Assembly: GCF_001194135.2 (NCBI RefSeq)
Contig: NC_068985.1
Coordinates: 22,618,379 to 22,682,378, forward strand
DNA from: Octopus bimaculoides
Taxonomy: Eukaryota
Length of the DNA stretch: 64,000 nucleotides
Reading direction: 5' to 3'
The notes below the pieces were generated by a model. It saw nothing but the letters and a program-made list of their open reading frames with translations, made no database searches and was not told where the DNA came from. Within the stretch, counting starts at the first letter, position 1. Each line of letters begins with the position of its first letter. Shown here piece by piece: positions 12,731 through 27,600 of this stretch. The position numbers and the translations under genes are program-made.

Positions 12731-15192
12731 GTGGTGAAAGACTGCTTGACAACAGTTTTAAAGAGATCTAAATTAAAACCTGTCAATATTTCATGTTAAT
12801 ATATATTCCTAACACCAAATCAATGAGTTATTTTGCTAAATTCTTCATTATTTTAAAATCAATTGCAACAGAATATATTTCAACAGAAATATTGTAATAA
12901 AAAGGTTAATCCTTTCAAAAAAATTCCAATTTTTTTTATAGTATGAAGTCTGAAATGCACTATGCAAATGTTTTTTTATGGTTTCTAGATGAAAAATGCT
13001 AGTATGCAGATACAAACTTGGGAACAATTCAGGAAATTGGCTCTGAAATTTTCATTGATATTAACCCTAAAAAATGCACTCCAAAATTAGTTTCTAGCCC
13101 TACCAACCTAATCTTTCCTTCTCTATAAGGAATTAGATTGGGAGTCGATGCTGAAATAATTTTTGACTGATGAAGGGCAGTCTTAGCTACACTGAGTATG
13201 TGTGTACATAAGATCAAGAATTTATGAAGTCTAGCATTTGCAGTGACCTCTAGGGTTCTAGTTGAGGAATGTTCACATTTAGGAAGAATGGGATGAGATG
13301 TTTTCTTGATATGTGTAGTTATTGCGTCTTTGTGATGATGGTGATGAAAACAAGATCGAGTTGACTCTGCAGGAGGATGTTTTTGTGGTCTGTTCATGGA
13401 ATCAGTCCAGAATTGTCACAAGGTGACTACACTGCATATGGTGACACTTGGGTGCAGAAGGTTAAGGGGGGAATTAAAGGTTGTATCATCTGCATAGTAG
13501 TGAGCATTGGTGACAGCAAGTCAGTCAATGAGGAAAGAAAATTGAACCTAGGGGCACACTAGAATTGACAGTCAGGGTCACAGAAAGCCCCACACACTTG
13601 TCAGCTCATGCTGTGAAAGAGCAATCCAACAGGAAGCCATCAATCCAAGGGACAGTTAAGGTCATTGATAATTTTCCTAAAATTTTGCTGATGTTTAGAG
13701 CAAATAACAAATTTACAACTGAAAGCTTATTGCTCAGAGATTTTTGTCACTATAATCTCTTTTAGATAAAAACTTGCTCTAGACAAAACTAATAGAATAA
13801 AAAAAGTAAAAATCCCAGGTGTCTGCCTTATGGAGGTAGCAGCCGACAGGAGATGAAGAATTTTCCTGGTTTGATGAATAGTCAAGACAATTGTAGATTA
13901 ACAAGAATATAGGTCTTTGACAGATCAAGCTTTATGAAAACCATACTAGTGGTCATTAAAAAAACAAACACTGAAAGGATGGTGATACTTCTACCACACA
14001 AAGTAGACATTTCTGTTGAGTAGCACAGAAACTCACAACTAATTTCAGAAAATTATTCAGAAGTGGAAGGCTAATGCTCAGGACAATTTTTAAGGTTTTT
14101 AAGACTTGTTAGGGAATTATCAAATCTGGCCAAATGTTTGCAACAAAGTACTCCACTAAAAGACACTCATGAGCCAGGCTGTGGTGTCAAATAAAGCAAC
14201 AGGTAAATCTACTGGTTCAGGTGTGCCTTTCATTCTGTTTCCTGTCTTAACTAGCATATTGCCCAACTTCTTGAAACTCCCTCTCTGATCCTATTCACTT
14301 GCAAATATTCAAATTGAATATCAACAACAATCTTAACAGCCTAGGAAGGGCTATAATGCTCATGGATACAACTACACTTAAGTATGAAAAAAAATCTACT
14401 GTACTGGGTTGAATAGAAACAGTCAATTGCAAAAGACTCAGATTGATAAATTTAATTACCAACATTAATCTAAATTGCTTATGAATTACAAAGGGGAAAC
14501 AACTATTTTTTTTTTCCAAGTCCCAAATTGTTTCTTGTTGAAAATAGCATAATCAAAATGACACATGAATACTAAAATGCAATAGCCAACACAATATGTG
14601 CAAAAATATTTACATTTAGCAGCAGGTATTATTTAAATGTGTAAATGAAAACAGTTTAGCACTTGTTTAAAAAAAAATCTGATTTGCAATTTAAAATTTC
14701 TAATAAGTATTTTTCTTTTAAAGTCTTAAAAAAGTGGGGAAAAAAATTGGCAGAATTTAAGAAATTATGCATTTTGATAGCTTAATACTATGAAAAAACA
14801 ACAATCTTAATGATTTACAAATCATTTTGCTAAAAATTAACAAGGTTTCCAAAATTTCCAATTCACTGATCCACTTCGACTTGCATTCTTTAATCAAAAG
14901 AGACAACTCTATATGAATTGTCAATAGGATAAACACCAAAACTTAAAAACAGATACTATTTTTCTGTGTTGAACTAATTAAAAAATCTAGGACCGTCAGA
15001 ATCTGGCTAACTACTGAATGACAATTGTGAAAAAATAGTTCGACACCATAAATGTGAATTATATTTTATTCATAGAAACTATATACTAAATTCTAAAAAG
15101 AAGTTATCTCAAATTCCTTATTCTAAACACTAATATGCTTTCGTAATAGTTATATTTAACTGGGGAAAAAAAATGAACTTTGAGTAAACTGG

Positions 15193-15210
15193 TTTATTAA
15201 AAAAAATAAT
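15193..15210 (-). terminator. Candidate cyclin B3 polyadenylation signal (AATAAA) overlapped by a U-rich CPE-like element
   Basis: Minus strand reads TTTTTTTTAATAAA, about 480 nt after the stop codon. Confidence 0.45.
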
Positions 15211-15674
15211 TTCGAAACTTTCAAAGTCACTATATTTCTATAAAAAAATTTTTCCAGATGTTAAAAAAAAATAAAAAAGCCGAAACAATTTTTTTTTGTT
15301 TGTTTATATTAGAATCCCCCTTTAATTTAGCTGAATTTCTCCAGTATTTTGCTGATTTCAGATAATACTCATACATGTACTACAAAAGAAAAATTTAAAA
15401 ACACAGCCAAAATTAAATAAGAATTCGTCACCTTTCAGGTAAGATATAGTTCGGAAATTTTAAAAAGTCAAAATGCCAAAAATATCGGTCTTTATGAAAT
15501 TTTGTACAGTAAAATAAAAATACAGCTTCTGTCAGAACCTGTCACCAACCACAAACACTCAGCATTTTCAGGCAATTAATCATTCATAATCAGAAATGTA
15601 TCACTATTTTCTGTGATGTTTAGGTGGTTTCTGTGCATATTCTATATTTACACTTTTCAGATGAGGCAACATGA

Positions 15675-18600
15675 TTAATCTAGTTGTGCCATTGACAATT
15701 TAGGAATTTCTGCTACTTCCATGAAAACTCTGGAAAATAAAAATATAATATATATAATAAAACAATATATATATATAAATTACTACAAACACACAAATCC
15801 TAAAAATATTGCACACAAAATCTTTAAAATTTTCTAATCAAAAAGTATCTTTCATAGGCACAGGCACGCTTGTGTGGTAAGAAGCTTGCTCCCAACCACA
15901 TGGTTCCAAGTTCAGCTCCATGCATGGCACATTGTGCAGCTGTCTTCTACTAAAGCCTCAGGCTGACCAAAACCTTGTGAGCGGATTTGGTAGATAGATA
16001 CTGAAATATCTCTCTCTCCCTCTCTGTGCGCGTGCATGCGTGCGTGTGACTCCACTGCTTGACAACTGATGGTGTGTTTGTGTCCCTGCAACTTAGCGGT
16101 TCAGCAAAGAGCAATAGAATAAGTACTAGGCTTAAAATAACTCCTGGAGTCGATTTGTTCAACTAAAACCCTTCAAGGCAGTGCCCCAGCATGGCCACAA
16201 TCAAATGACAGAAACAAGTAAAAGATAAAAACAGTCAGAGAGATTACATTATTACATGCTCAAAACTATCCTCATTTACATTCCAATAGGAACAAGAGTC
16301 ATTACTTCATTTATTAGGTTGTGTGAGTGACAAAGTAGCATTTGTAACTGTATTTCAGAGTCCCAAGCAGTTCCAGTTTTTTTGTCAGTAATTATGGCCT
16401 TACATCAAAAAGATATACAATAGGCTTCAGCAAGTTTCAGTTTGTGGAAATTCACTAAAAATCTGAGTGAATATATGAAGATGGAAACTGGCGGACAGAA
16501 GGCAAGTAATGGTAATAATGGAATTTAAGTAGATGGAAACTCAGTAATGATCAACATGATGCTATGCTAAAAGTTACTTATCCAAAGTGCCATGCAGTGT
16601 ATTTGAATCCAAAATACTGAGCCACACAGCCAAGCCAACTACCAGTTAAAAAATATATGTTAGAGTCACAATAAAATGTACCCTGTTGTCATCATAATTT
16701 GGTGTGTGTATTCCATGCTGGCATGCACTGGATGGTTTAGCAGGACTGCATCAAGCTCTAGCTTTGGCTTGGTTTCTGCAGGTGGATGCCTTTCCTAATG
16801 CCAGCCACCTTACAGTATGTATTAGGTGTTTTTTAGTGTCACTGGCACTAGTGAAATCAAGTAATTTGAAAGACAAGAGAAGGAAAAGGCCCCTCGACTG
16901 TGGGACTGTATGAGAGAGGGGGTGGTGGGTATATTTGATAGAGGAATGCACATGTTGCAAGGATAAAGTATGATAGAGGAACAAACACAGGTGTTTTGCT
17001 AGATGAGTTACATCATAAAAGAGTAGGTGTTGAGTCACTGGAAAAACTGAAATGGTGGTCATGATTTGTCAGAAATTAGGGAAAGGGAGGCAGCAATAGA
17101 AACTATGCCAAAAACAAACTGTACAAACAGGATATGGACTTGGAAAACTGCATTGCAAGCTACCTGTCCAGGAAGACAGTACACTGAATAAGAAAAGATT
17201 GAGTAGAAAGAATGATCTAACCACAAACATTCTCGTGTGCCAGTAGCATGGTAAAATGCCCCCAGTCTATAGTAAGACCTGCACTAAGTTGGCTGGTTTT
17301 CTGTGTTGTCGTTGCTGTGAGTCAAATGACAGATTATGTTAACCCTTTCGTTACCACATTTCTAACCAAATTACACCCCTTATGTGTTTCAATTAATTTT
17401 TAACATAATCATAAATCTAGGGTGGTTTCATTAAACAACTTTAACTTTTTTATTTATCAACATATTAATGTGATTTTTGGAAGATAATTTAACAAAAGGT
17501 TCTCAACCAATTCTATACCAAAATTTTTGTCACAAAGTGACTTTAATTACAGGTAAATTCAACAAAATATAAAATTATTAAAATTTTTGTTCAAACATCG
17601 CTATAGAAAATGGGTTATTAGCTAATATTCAATTGGGTATACAACAAAATATTATTATAGAAGAGTTGTGCACATTACTGGATTCATTACTGTCTCTTTT
17701 GCCAGTATAAAATTAAAATCCAGAGCAGTACCCAGTATTTGATTCACAAATCTTTTCCAAACTTTGATCCCCCGTTTTGTGGGCTTTCCTGGCATATACT
17801 GTCGAAAACGCACTCGGCCTTTATAGCCCACCATATCCTCATCTATAAACTGTTTTATATGTGCTTTGAACACAGTCAATGAGGGGTCTTATTTTAAATA
17901 AGGGATCAAAGTCTGGTTTTCTACGTACTGGTGTACTGCTTGTGTCTCTTACATGTAGATATTGAGTCAATTTTAAAAACCGTATCCTCGTCATTATACT
18001 TGAGACATATTAGTCTCCAAAGGGTTCATCACTACTCCAGTAATTTGTTATTCGAGGTAACTTTCTAATGCCCATAATAATATTTACGGCAAAATATGCT
18101 TTAATTTCATTCAAGTTTATGGGAAACCACAAACTATCCTTTTTTACGCTTTGTTTATGCCGTAATCAATTCAAATAGGTACTTCGGAAAAAGCAAAAAG
18201 AAATAGTCTAAAGCTTTACTCTCCTGGGTAAGACTGTGACTTGGTCCAGTTTCTTCAGAAAAATCACTGAAAAAAGGAGTTTTTAAATTTTCACTCCATT
18301 CAGGTACTAATTCATTCTCTTTATCGCTATCATCGGAGCTCTCGGATTCACTGCTTTCATTTTCGGAAAATGAAAACTCAGATTCATTATCAAATACNNN
18401 NNNNNNNNNNNNNNNNNNNNNNNNNNNNNNNNNNNNNNNNNNNNNNNNNNNNNNNNNNNNNNNNNNNNNNCCACGTGCTTTTTTTTTTTTTTTTTCGGTT
18501 ACAGAGTTAGATTTATCAAGGTCTTCAACGGAAAATCCTTCGAATTCTGACTCGATGCTTGACAGAATAAAATTCGTATCCATTTTTTTGTCAGGATTAC

Positions 18601-21600
18601 AAATTTTGAAAACACAACAGGAACAAATTTGGAAAAAAATCTCCCAAAATTCACAAAATTAAAATAACACGTTGATCGTCGTACAAAACTATAGCTGAAC
18701 TGTTTACACAAATAATCACGTGTTTTCACGAATGTACTAACGAGATTTGCTCGGATATTCTCATTTAAATATGAATAGGTGATTAGGGGCGGTTTTGGGC
18801 GGCTTGGTCACATGAACCAAAATTTTTGTTCGGGTGGCTTTGGGTGGTTTGGTAACGAAAGGGTTAAGATACAACTAATCTTTGTCAGCATGGAAAAGTG
18901 GACATAAAATTATTAAGTTAAATGAAGAAAATCAGTTTTAAATAGACACTCTCTTTAAACAAAATTGTGTACAAAGTAAATATCTCTTCCACTCAGTTAC
19001 ACACAAAAAGAAAAAAAAAAAACTTACTCATTTGAATATTTATTATAAACTTCATTGACTGCATTGAATACAGGATGTAACAACATATAATTAAGTTTCT
19101 TAGCCATTTTCTTTGCTTCTTCTTCAGAATAACCAGAGTGATGAGTTAGTATAGCATTCTGCAATTTAGATGGAATTTAAAAATTATGTAGTGCAAAAAA
19201 TAAACAAACAAAAATAAATCTTGCAAAAGATATATGGTAACTAACCCATTCAAGAGCCTCCATCTTTAATGCCAACCACAAACAGCCAGCTGCCTTCAAA
19301 GACTCTTTTTCATAAACAAAACTGTAGTCCAGAAGTGATAATTCAAGTATGTAACGGGCTAGTGTCAGCGTTTTGGTTTCAAAATTAGCAACCTACAATG
19401 TTTAATAGATCACATATGAGAAGACAGGAGAGAAAAAAAAAAAAAAGTAAATTATAAAAGAAAACATCTAGCAATAACTTACCTTACAATAGCGCCGAAG
19501 AAATCGATAAGAGAGAGGGATACCCAATCGAAAGTCCACAGCAACAAAAATTTTCTTCTCCATATCAAATAGTTTCTCCATTGAATAAGCATTGTCACAC
19601 ATATACAAGAAATCATCACATTGTGGAAGAATGCGTTCCTGTTGAGAAAAAAAAAGACTTGAATTAAATTCAAAATATATTCTACAGTTAACACGTGACA
19701 GGTAATGTTTCATCAGCCCCATACATACACACAGTCTATTTGCTTAATGCAGTCCTCATGACAACTACATGCGTTAAACCACTGGACAGGAAAAGGTGAA
19801 CTGTTTTAGGGCTGCTTCCATATACATGTACAACATCAATTTTCCAAAACCTTTCTTTCCAGATTATTGATTTTACCAAAATAGGGACAGTCACCTTGTT
19901 AACACACTAAAATGTACTTGAATAATTAAATGAAATTATAAGTCTCAGGCCATCAGTGTATAGAAAATTGGTGTTGTACCTGTGACTGATTTTATAGAAG
20001 GTACTCAAAAAGAATTAAAAGAGCTTAGTCCCAGGTCAGCTCTGATTGGTCAGATATTCCAAGATATTCTATCCATGAGTATCCAGTCAGAGCATAATGT
20101 ATCTAGAACTAAATCATCCAATGCATTCCTTTTAAGACAGCGAGGTAAAAGAAAAAATATGCCTGAATGGAGATTCAATGTGCTAAACAAGAGTGACAAG
20201 TGGACTAAAATAGTAAGCTAAAAACAAGATATGGGAGCAGGTTTTGAAAAGGAAGGGATAAGAAAATTCAAGTCAAATAGCTCCCAACATGCTGCACATA
20301 TTAGACATATTTAAAACATACACTTACATCATATTTACAGGCAATAAACATTGCAGCAGTCCCGACAAGTTGAAGATGTGCACGTTTGATAGTGACTTTA
20401 GAGAGATACGTATCAACAAGCTTGACAGCAAGGTAGAGTGTTTCATGATGTAATTCAAAGTTGGTCTGAACTTCAACCAACCAGTCCATAAGAATGGTTC
20501 TCATTTCACTTGTAATATCATTTTGTTTACTGGACATGTAATCCGGTACAACATATTTGCACTATAAAAATTTGAAATCATAAGTACATAAATTAGGCAT
20601 TAAAATTGTTGTAAACAGGTAAAATTTTGGAACAGGTAAACATTGACAGTTATTTTTGTATTGTTATCAAAATCCTCTATTACAAAAATATACAATGCAA
20701 CTATTGAAGAGAATTGCTTTAGTCAGCTAAAAACATTCAACTTTAGTACTCCGTGTAGAAGTGTAAGCGTCCCTATTTATTGCAAGCAGCTGGCTGCCAG
20801 TCTTCAGTGAATGCACCTGGCTTGGAACTACCAAATTCATAGCATTCAATGGCATTTTAAAAAATTTAGCCCTTCCAGCAGTTTCCTGATCTTTGTTCAG
20901 TGATGAGGCATCATAAGTAGTGGAGCCATGATTTTCTCTTTAATAATCAGATCAGCATTGGACTGCTCCCTCTTATATACTTGTTAAGCCTGACTTCTCA
21001 ATATGGTAATCCCTAACAGAACATATCCTTCAACAGATCAGATTCATCAAAAAGTTGATAATGCAACCACCAACTGAAGGCTTTTATAGAACCAGAGTAA
21101 TGAATTTCTTGTGGAACTTGGGTGCCTACATCGAAGTATACCTTGATTGAAACATAATTTAACAATCCGGATATTTGATAAAAGCATAACGACGTGTAAT
21201 GTCAGGTCAAGAAGATTAACCATTGCTTATTTTTATCCAACCTATAAATACAAGCCAAAGTTTCTCCATGTTCAAACAGCCATCCAGGTAAAGAATGACA
21301 CATTGACAAACAATGTTCAGAGAGTCATCCAGATAAAGAATGGCACATAGGCGAGCAATGCGTATAGTTATGAGACTTTTTGTAAGGAGAGATCTAATCA
21401 CATGGAGTGAATCACCTCTAAATGTCACATCACTTTTTTCTGGTAGCACAACATAGTTCAAAGTCAATCTGTGCCAAATGTCTTCACTTTGCATGCTTTA
21501 GCTAAGTTTCTATGGCAACGGTCTGGATACTTATTGATCAGAGCATTATAGCCACATACAACAGCCAAAATATTTTAGATTGAGAGATTTTTGATTGGAG

Positions 21601-24600
21601 CAAACAAGAGTTCTGCAGAAAGAAGTAGCATGCTCATTACATTATAAAAGGATACTTGTTGAAGTCACAGAAACATCGATTTTAAACAGTTTATGGAACT
21701 TCAGGTAAAATAAGTGAGAGAGTCTGAAAATTCAGCAAGAAAATTATGAATATAATTTTCCCTTGTGTTCATTTTGTGCTCACATCAAATGAAGTGCCAT
21801 TGTACTTCACTGGAGAAAGCCAAGCCCTAGTGCATTTCCTGGTTGAGCTCGTGAGGTAAGTTTTCACATTTTAACTAATTAAATTGTTGTGACAAGAATT
21901 AGCTGCTAAGAGTTGTTTTATTCAGTATTTGAAGTACAAGGCTGGTGCCAGCCTTCAACTAAAATATAGTATAGTGAACCTGGACTGGAAGTAATAGTTC
22001 AGAACAGCAAATCTGTTAATCACTTCAATAATTTACAGTGTATGAAGACATCTAAATCTTTGTGGAAATTGGTTTATAAAAAGGAAATAAAAAAGAAAAG
22101 TTAGTCTTACCTCTTGTTCTTTATAGTAATCAAAAATATCTCTAGCATATATAGCTTCCCAGAAAGGATCTTTCATATGTTCTTTATCAAAAGCATCATA
22201 ATCAACCTATTAAAATAAAAGTAAATGTCTAATACTACTACTACTGTTAGTATATACTAATTCTTTTTAAACCTAAATAGCAGAATGTCAGTGAACTGTA
22301 ATTAAAAAAAAAAACCTAATTAAAAAGGTCTAAAAGTCTCAAATGAAAGTGCCAAACTCAGAGCACTGAGAAAAAAGTATGAAAGAATTTAATAACATGT
22401 ATTTTTGCATACCATTATGGTTGATAGAACGAATATACACACACACACACACAGGCACAGACCAGAGTTCCAGCAGACTGACAAAAAGGAAACATTTAGA
22501 TATGCTAAAACACACAAATAATTCACAGAAAGAATACCAATCCCACCTCAATCCACTATTTGTTTCCTCTCTTATGCACTCCCCCTTGTACCTGGCACCC
22601 CAACATTATCATCTTCATTGTCTCCTGAGCTACACACCCTTATATAATGCATGTTAGCCATATATCTCCACTACAGCAAGATCCTGTGCTTATTCCTTTT
22701 ATACTTTAAAGCACCAGCACTAGCACCACATAAAAAGCCTGGTGCAGCCTTCTAGTCAGCCAAACCATCTAACCCATGCTAGCATGGAAGATGGACATTA
22801 AATGGTGGTGATGACTAGCCTCTCAGTGCCCAATTTTATGCCACCTCCCCTCCATTTAGTCAAGGGGGTTACTACTGGTGGCACAAAAATGCCCAATACA
22901 CACCATAAAGTGGTTGGCATTAGGAAGGGCATCTGGCTGTAGAAACCATACCAAAGCTGACAATAGAACTTGCTGCAGCCTTGTGGCTTGCCAGACCCTG
23001 TCAAACTGCGCAACTCTTACCAGCATGGAAAACATGTTAAATGAGTAAGTCCCATAAACTACACAGACAGCTCACTAGAAGTAGTTGAAAGTTTGTTACT
23101 TTAGTGTAGAGTAGATGTTGCAAAAGCAAAGTGAAAACAGAAGAAATTAAAACTGTTACTTCTGTAGACAACAAAATGTTTCTTTTCATACAAAAGCAGG
23201 TGTAGGAAATACAATCCATGATAGAAAGTCTTGACTATAGATCTACAGAAGCTGAAGAAAATGATCCACTGGATCTGTTGACTTGCATGAAAGTAAATGT
23301 ATGAGTTGAGAGAGCATTTTCACATTAAACTGGTGCATGTGAAAAATTTAACTGTACTAATACAGCCATGGGGGCCCCAGATAAGTCAATGGGTGCTTAG
23401 TTAAAATTGTCATGCACTTTCAATGAAAAAGAAAACCTGTACTGATGGCAGAGAAAAACACAACAGAAGTTGTAAAGTTAGAGTGCTCTTAGTATTCACA
23501 GACCTGGAGAGCTGATGAAATTGATGCAGCTCATGTTCTGCTTAGACTGTTGAAAATTGGCAATTGCAGAAGGGATATGACCAGAGAAGGAGTTCCAAAA
23601 GGCTGACATTCTGAAAGGACTGAAAATAGTAGTCTGGGACTTGAACATAAAAATGGGTAATGAGAAAAGATGAACAAGAGTGCCTGAGTGGAGGGAGCAT
23701 GAGAGTAACCAGCTCCAAAGAGAAGAGGATACTGTAACAAAAGTAGAAATGGTAGAGAGAAGACAACATCAGTGGACCAGAAGTTGGAGAATGTTTGTAG
23801 TTAAGTGGCTTTTCTCTGGTGGAAGTCTAGAATGTCTGAGTAGCAGTCGTGCTGTCCCAGATGTAAGAGCTTATACTCCTTTGTTGATCCCAGCCAAGAA
23901 TTATAGTGGGTTAGTAATTAAGGCTGAAAGGTTTTCTAGTTCTAAAGGGAAGGGACACTCTACAAGATGTGGTTCTAGATATGTTAAGGACATGTATTCA
24001 TCTGGAGTGATTGTTGCATGATACTTATGTATAAAAATGCAATAATGTTTCCATACGAATAGCAATTGTGTTTTAAAACAAGACTATAATGGGTTTTGAG
24101 AAATTGTAAGCCTCACAAAGCTGTATCTGGACAGAGATAAAAAAAAAGTTTTAAATGATCTTAATTTTACCTTTGGTACTTCTGGTTCTTCAACTTTAGG
24201 TGGCTCCAGATCAATTCTAGAATAAAATATAATTGAAAAAATAAATAAATAAATAAAATATCTAATTATAAGTTACCATTTCTACAAAACAAAGTATATG
24301 AAAAAAAAGCCATTTTAGATATCTGAGCATTAAAAATTTGCTTAATAATTTATTAGGGATTCATTTGTTTTATTCCTAAAATATTTTAATTCACTGCAAT
24401 ACGGAAAAAATTGAGCAATAGAAGATACAACAATCATCATCATCATCATCGTTTAACGTCCGCTTTCCATATAGATCCTCTTGGTATAGTGAATTGATCA
24501 GCAAAAATCTTGGATAGATCCCATCTGAGAGCATACAAGTGACTGAGTGAACACATTAGTAAAGAAACTTAATAAAATTCAATAGAAAAAAGAATATAAG

Positions 24601-27600
24601 TTTTAAGAGAAATTTAAATAGAGATTCATAATTTTCTTTCCATTGAAAATATCACCATCATCATTTAACATCCAGTGTCCATGCTGGCATGAGTTGGACA
24701 GTTTGACCAAAAGTGGCAAGAAGGGGAGCTGTACCAGACTCTTTGAAATTATTTCTATGGCTAGATGCCCTTCCTAATGCCAATCACTTTACAGAGCGTC
24801 CTCAGTGCTTTTATGTGGCATGCCACGAGTACTTTACACCACCAGAGACTGGTCTTAACACTTCTGCTGCACAGTATGGGTCTTCTGCAGTACAGCAAGG
24901 CATGAGGCATTTCAGTCCTTTGTCATCTCACCGGAAGGGTTCAGCATACTGAGGTTGTTCTTCAGTACTTCAACCTATGTCTTCCATGTGTTTCATCTAC
25001 TTTGAGAGACCTGCATTTCTTTATGGAGCTGTCAGCATCCATCTGCATCACATGAACAAACCAGCACAGTCATCTTTTACACACAGGAATTAATTCCTCT
25101 TATGCCCAACTTCTCTCTCAAAACACTAGCACTTACATTATACATCCAGTGGAGCATACTAGCCTCATTCCTCTCTAAACTTTGCAGGTCCTCTGCATTC
25201 AGGAACCATGTCTTACTACCATTTAGAATTGCTGTCTTTATACATGCTTCATGCGGAGGCACAATGGCCCAGTGGTTAGGGCAGCGGACTCACGGTCATA
25301 GGATCGCAGTTTCGATTTCCAGCCCGGTCGTTTTGAGTGTTTATTGAGCGAAGACACCTAAAGCTCCACGAGGCTCTGGCAGGGGATGGTGGCGAACCCT
25401 GCTGTACTCTTCCACTACAACTTTCTCTCACTCTTACTTCATGTTTCTGTTGTGCCTGTAATTCAAAGGGTCAGCCTTGTCACACTGAATATCCCCGAGA
25501 ACTAAGTTAAGGGTACACGTGTCTGGAGTGCTGAGCCACTTGCATGTTAATTTCACAAGCAGGCTGTTCTGTTGATCGGATCAACTGGAACCCTCGACAT
25601 CGTAAGCGACGGAGCGCCGCCAACAACAAGATGTTTCATACAATCTTCCTTTCATTTGGAAAAAGAAAACTTTCATGACCAACAGTGGTAACAGTTCTTT
25701 GAATTGCCTCCATCTTGTTACTTCTTTTAAAAGACACAGAGCGAAAAAGCAAAAAGTGGGAAGTATACTCAGTGAGAGAAATGGTAAAAACAGTGATAGA
25801 ATGTTGCCACTGCACTGTTTTCTCAGCATACTTCACTTATGACAATTTACTCAATGATAAGATGAATTTTAAAATAGCTGTAATAAAATAACCATTCAAC
25901 TATTTATTGGAATGGCTGAATAGTGGCAGCTGAGATGGACAGCATCTGAGAGTTGTCTAGATTACTTGTGTACTGAGCAAGAGATCATGGAAAAAATAAT
26001 GTTAGATAGATGGTATTTCTTATTGAGAAAAAAGTCACTCATTAAACTTTGACAGAAAAAAATATTTTTAAGTTTAAGAGAAATTTAAAAAACAGATTCA
26101 TAATTTTCTTTTCATTTCATAATAAAGTTATAACTTTCATGAAATTTTCAAAAAATGGTATCTTTAACAATCTTGTTAAGGAATATACTTGTGTGTATCT
26201 GTGTATGTAGATACATACGTAGGGGGAGAGTGAGAGGGGAGGGGAACTTGAAAAAGATTTCACAAAAATGTTGATTAGTTATTGAAGTATACAACTAAAA
26301 TTATTTTATCCCATTTAAGATTGGGCAAACTACAGATGGCTCAGTCAAAATTCAGAACCAGCTGAGAGACTGACATTTTACATGGTATTGATGGGCAACA
26401 TACCTGAATCAAAAAAACCAAGTCCTTCGCTTGGATAGATGCAAGTTATGAAGTATGGTAAAATTCACTAAACAGCAGCAACCTTGTGAAATTAGATAAT
26501 ACATAGATCTACCATAGAACTAAGCATCAGAAAGAATTAGCTATTGAAAAGTTATAATTCTAAATATCTTTCTAAATTTAATTTGAGTGGAGAAAAAGAA
26601 AAATGATAGCACATCAATCACTGTAAGACAATATCTAAAAAAAATAATTCTACATGTAATTGCAAGGGTGCAAAATATATTATCTGATTCACATTTTAAT
26701 TGGAATGTAAGTAACAAAGTCATTTTAATGTCTACTTTTCCATGTTTGCATAAGTCAGACAAAAGTATATTGGGGTTGAATTTTCTGCAGCTAAATTCCC
26801 TCCTTGTTGCCAAGCCCCACTTATTACCAAGTGAGATAATTATCTCCCAGACAAGCAGCCCAGAGATGTTTATGAGAAGAACTGGAAACAACACTGTATG
26901 AATAAACCTTTTGCTTACACAGATCACACAAAATATATCAAGAAAATTGGCCATACTTCTGCAGCAGACAACACTCAGTAAAGCCATCGTTTACAACCAG
27001 CGAGTCAACACACAATCATGATGGGCTTCTTTCAGTTGCCATCTACCAAATCTACTCACAAGTCAGCCCAGGAATATAGAAGACACTTGTCAATGGTGCC
27101 AGACTAAACCCAACACTACACGAGTAAATACTGAATTTAACCATACAGCTATGCTTGCATCTAATGCTCAAATATGCACAAGGCATTCATTTGAACTGGC
27201 AGCGATCCAAGTTCAGCTAAATATGAAATACATTCTCGAAGCATTTACAACTTTAAGTCAAATTCTTTTCACTTGCATTAGTTTGATATAGCCTCACAGA
27301 GAACGAAACTTTTAATTCAATCAGTGCAGTCATAGTTAATATGTTCATTTCGTTACAAGGTTTCAGGATCAATCCATGTGACATGCAAGTGAAATTTTAG
27401 CAAAAGGAAACTGTATGAAAGGCTGCTATACACATGCACAAGTGTGTTTGTGTCATAATTTAATGGGTTGGATGGTTTGACAGGATTCTATAGGTTCAAA
27501 AATTGCATCATGCTCCAGTATTTGCCTTGGTACAGTTTCTACAACTGGATACCCTTCCAAATGCCAACCATTCCAGAGTACTGGGTGCTTTTTTACATGC

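Noticed and set aside
25700-25740. Possible extra cyclin B3 exon in a compatible phase (SNKMEAIQRTV...)
   Set aside because: Purine-rich acceptor, no credible donor, and not needed for the reading frame.
26541-26987. 148-aa minus-strand ORF in a cyclin B3 intron
   Set aside because: No recognisable motif, alternative start, composition typical of chance ORFs in AT-rich DNA.
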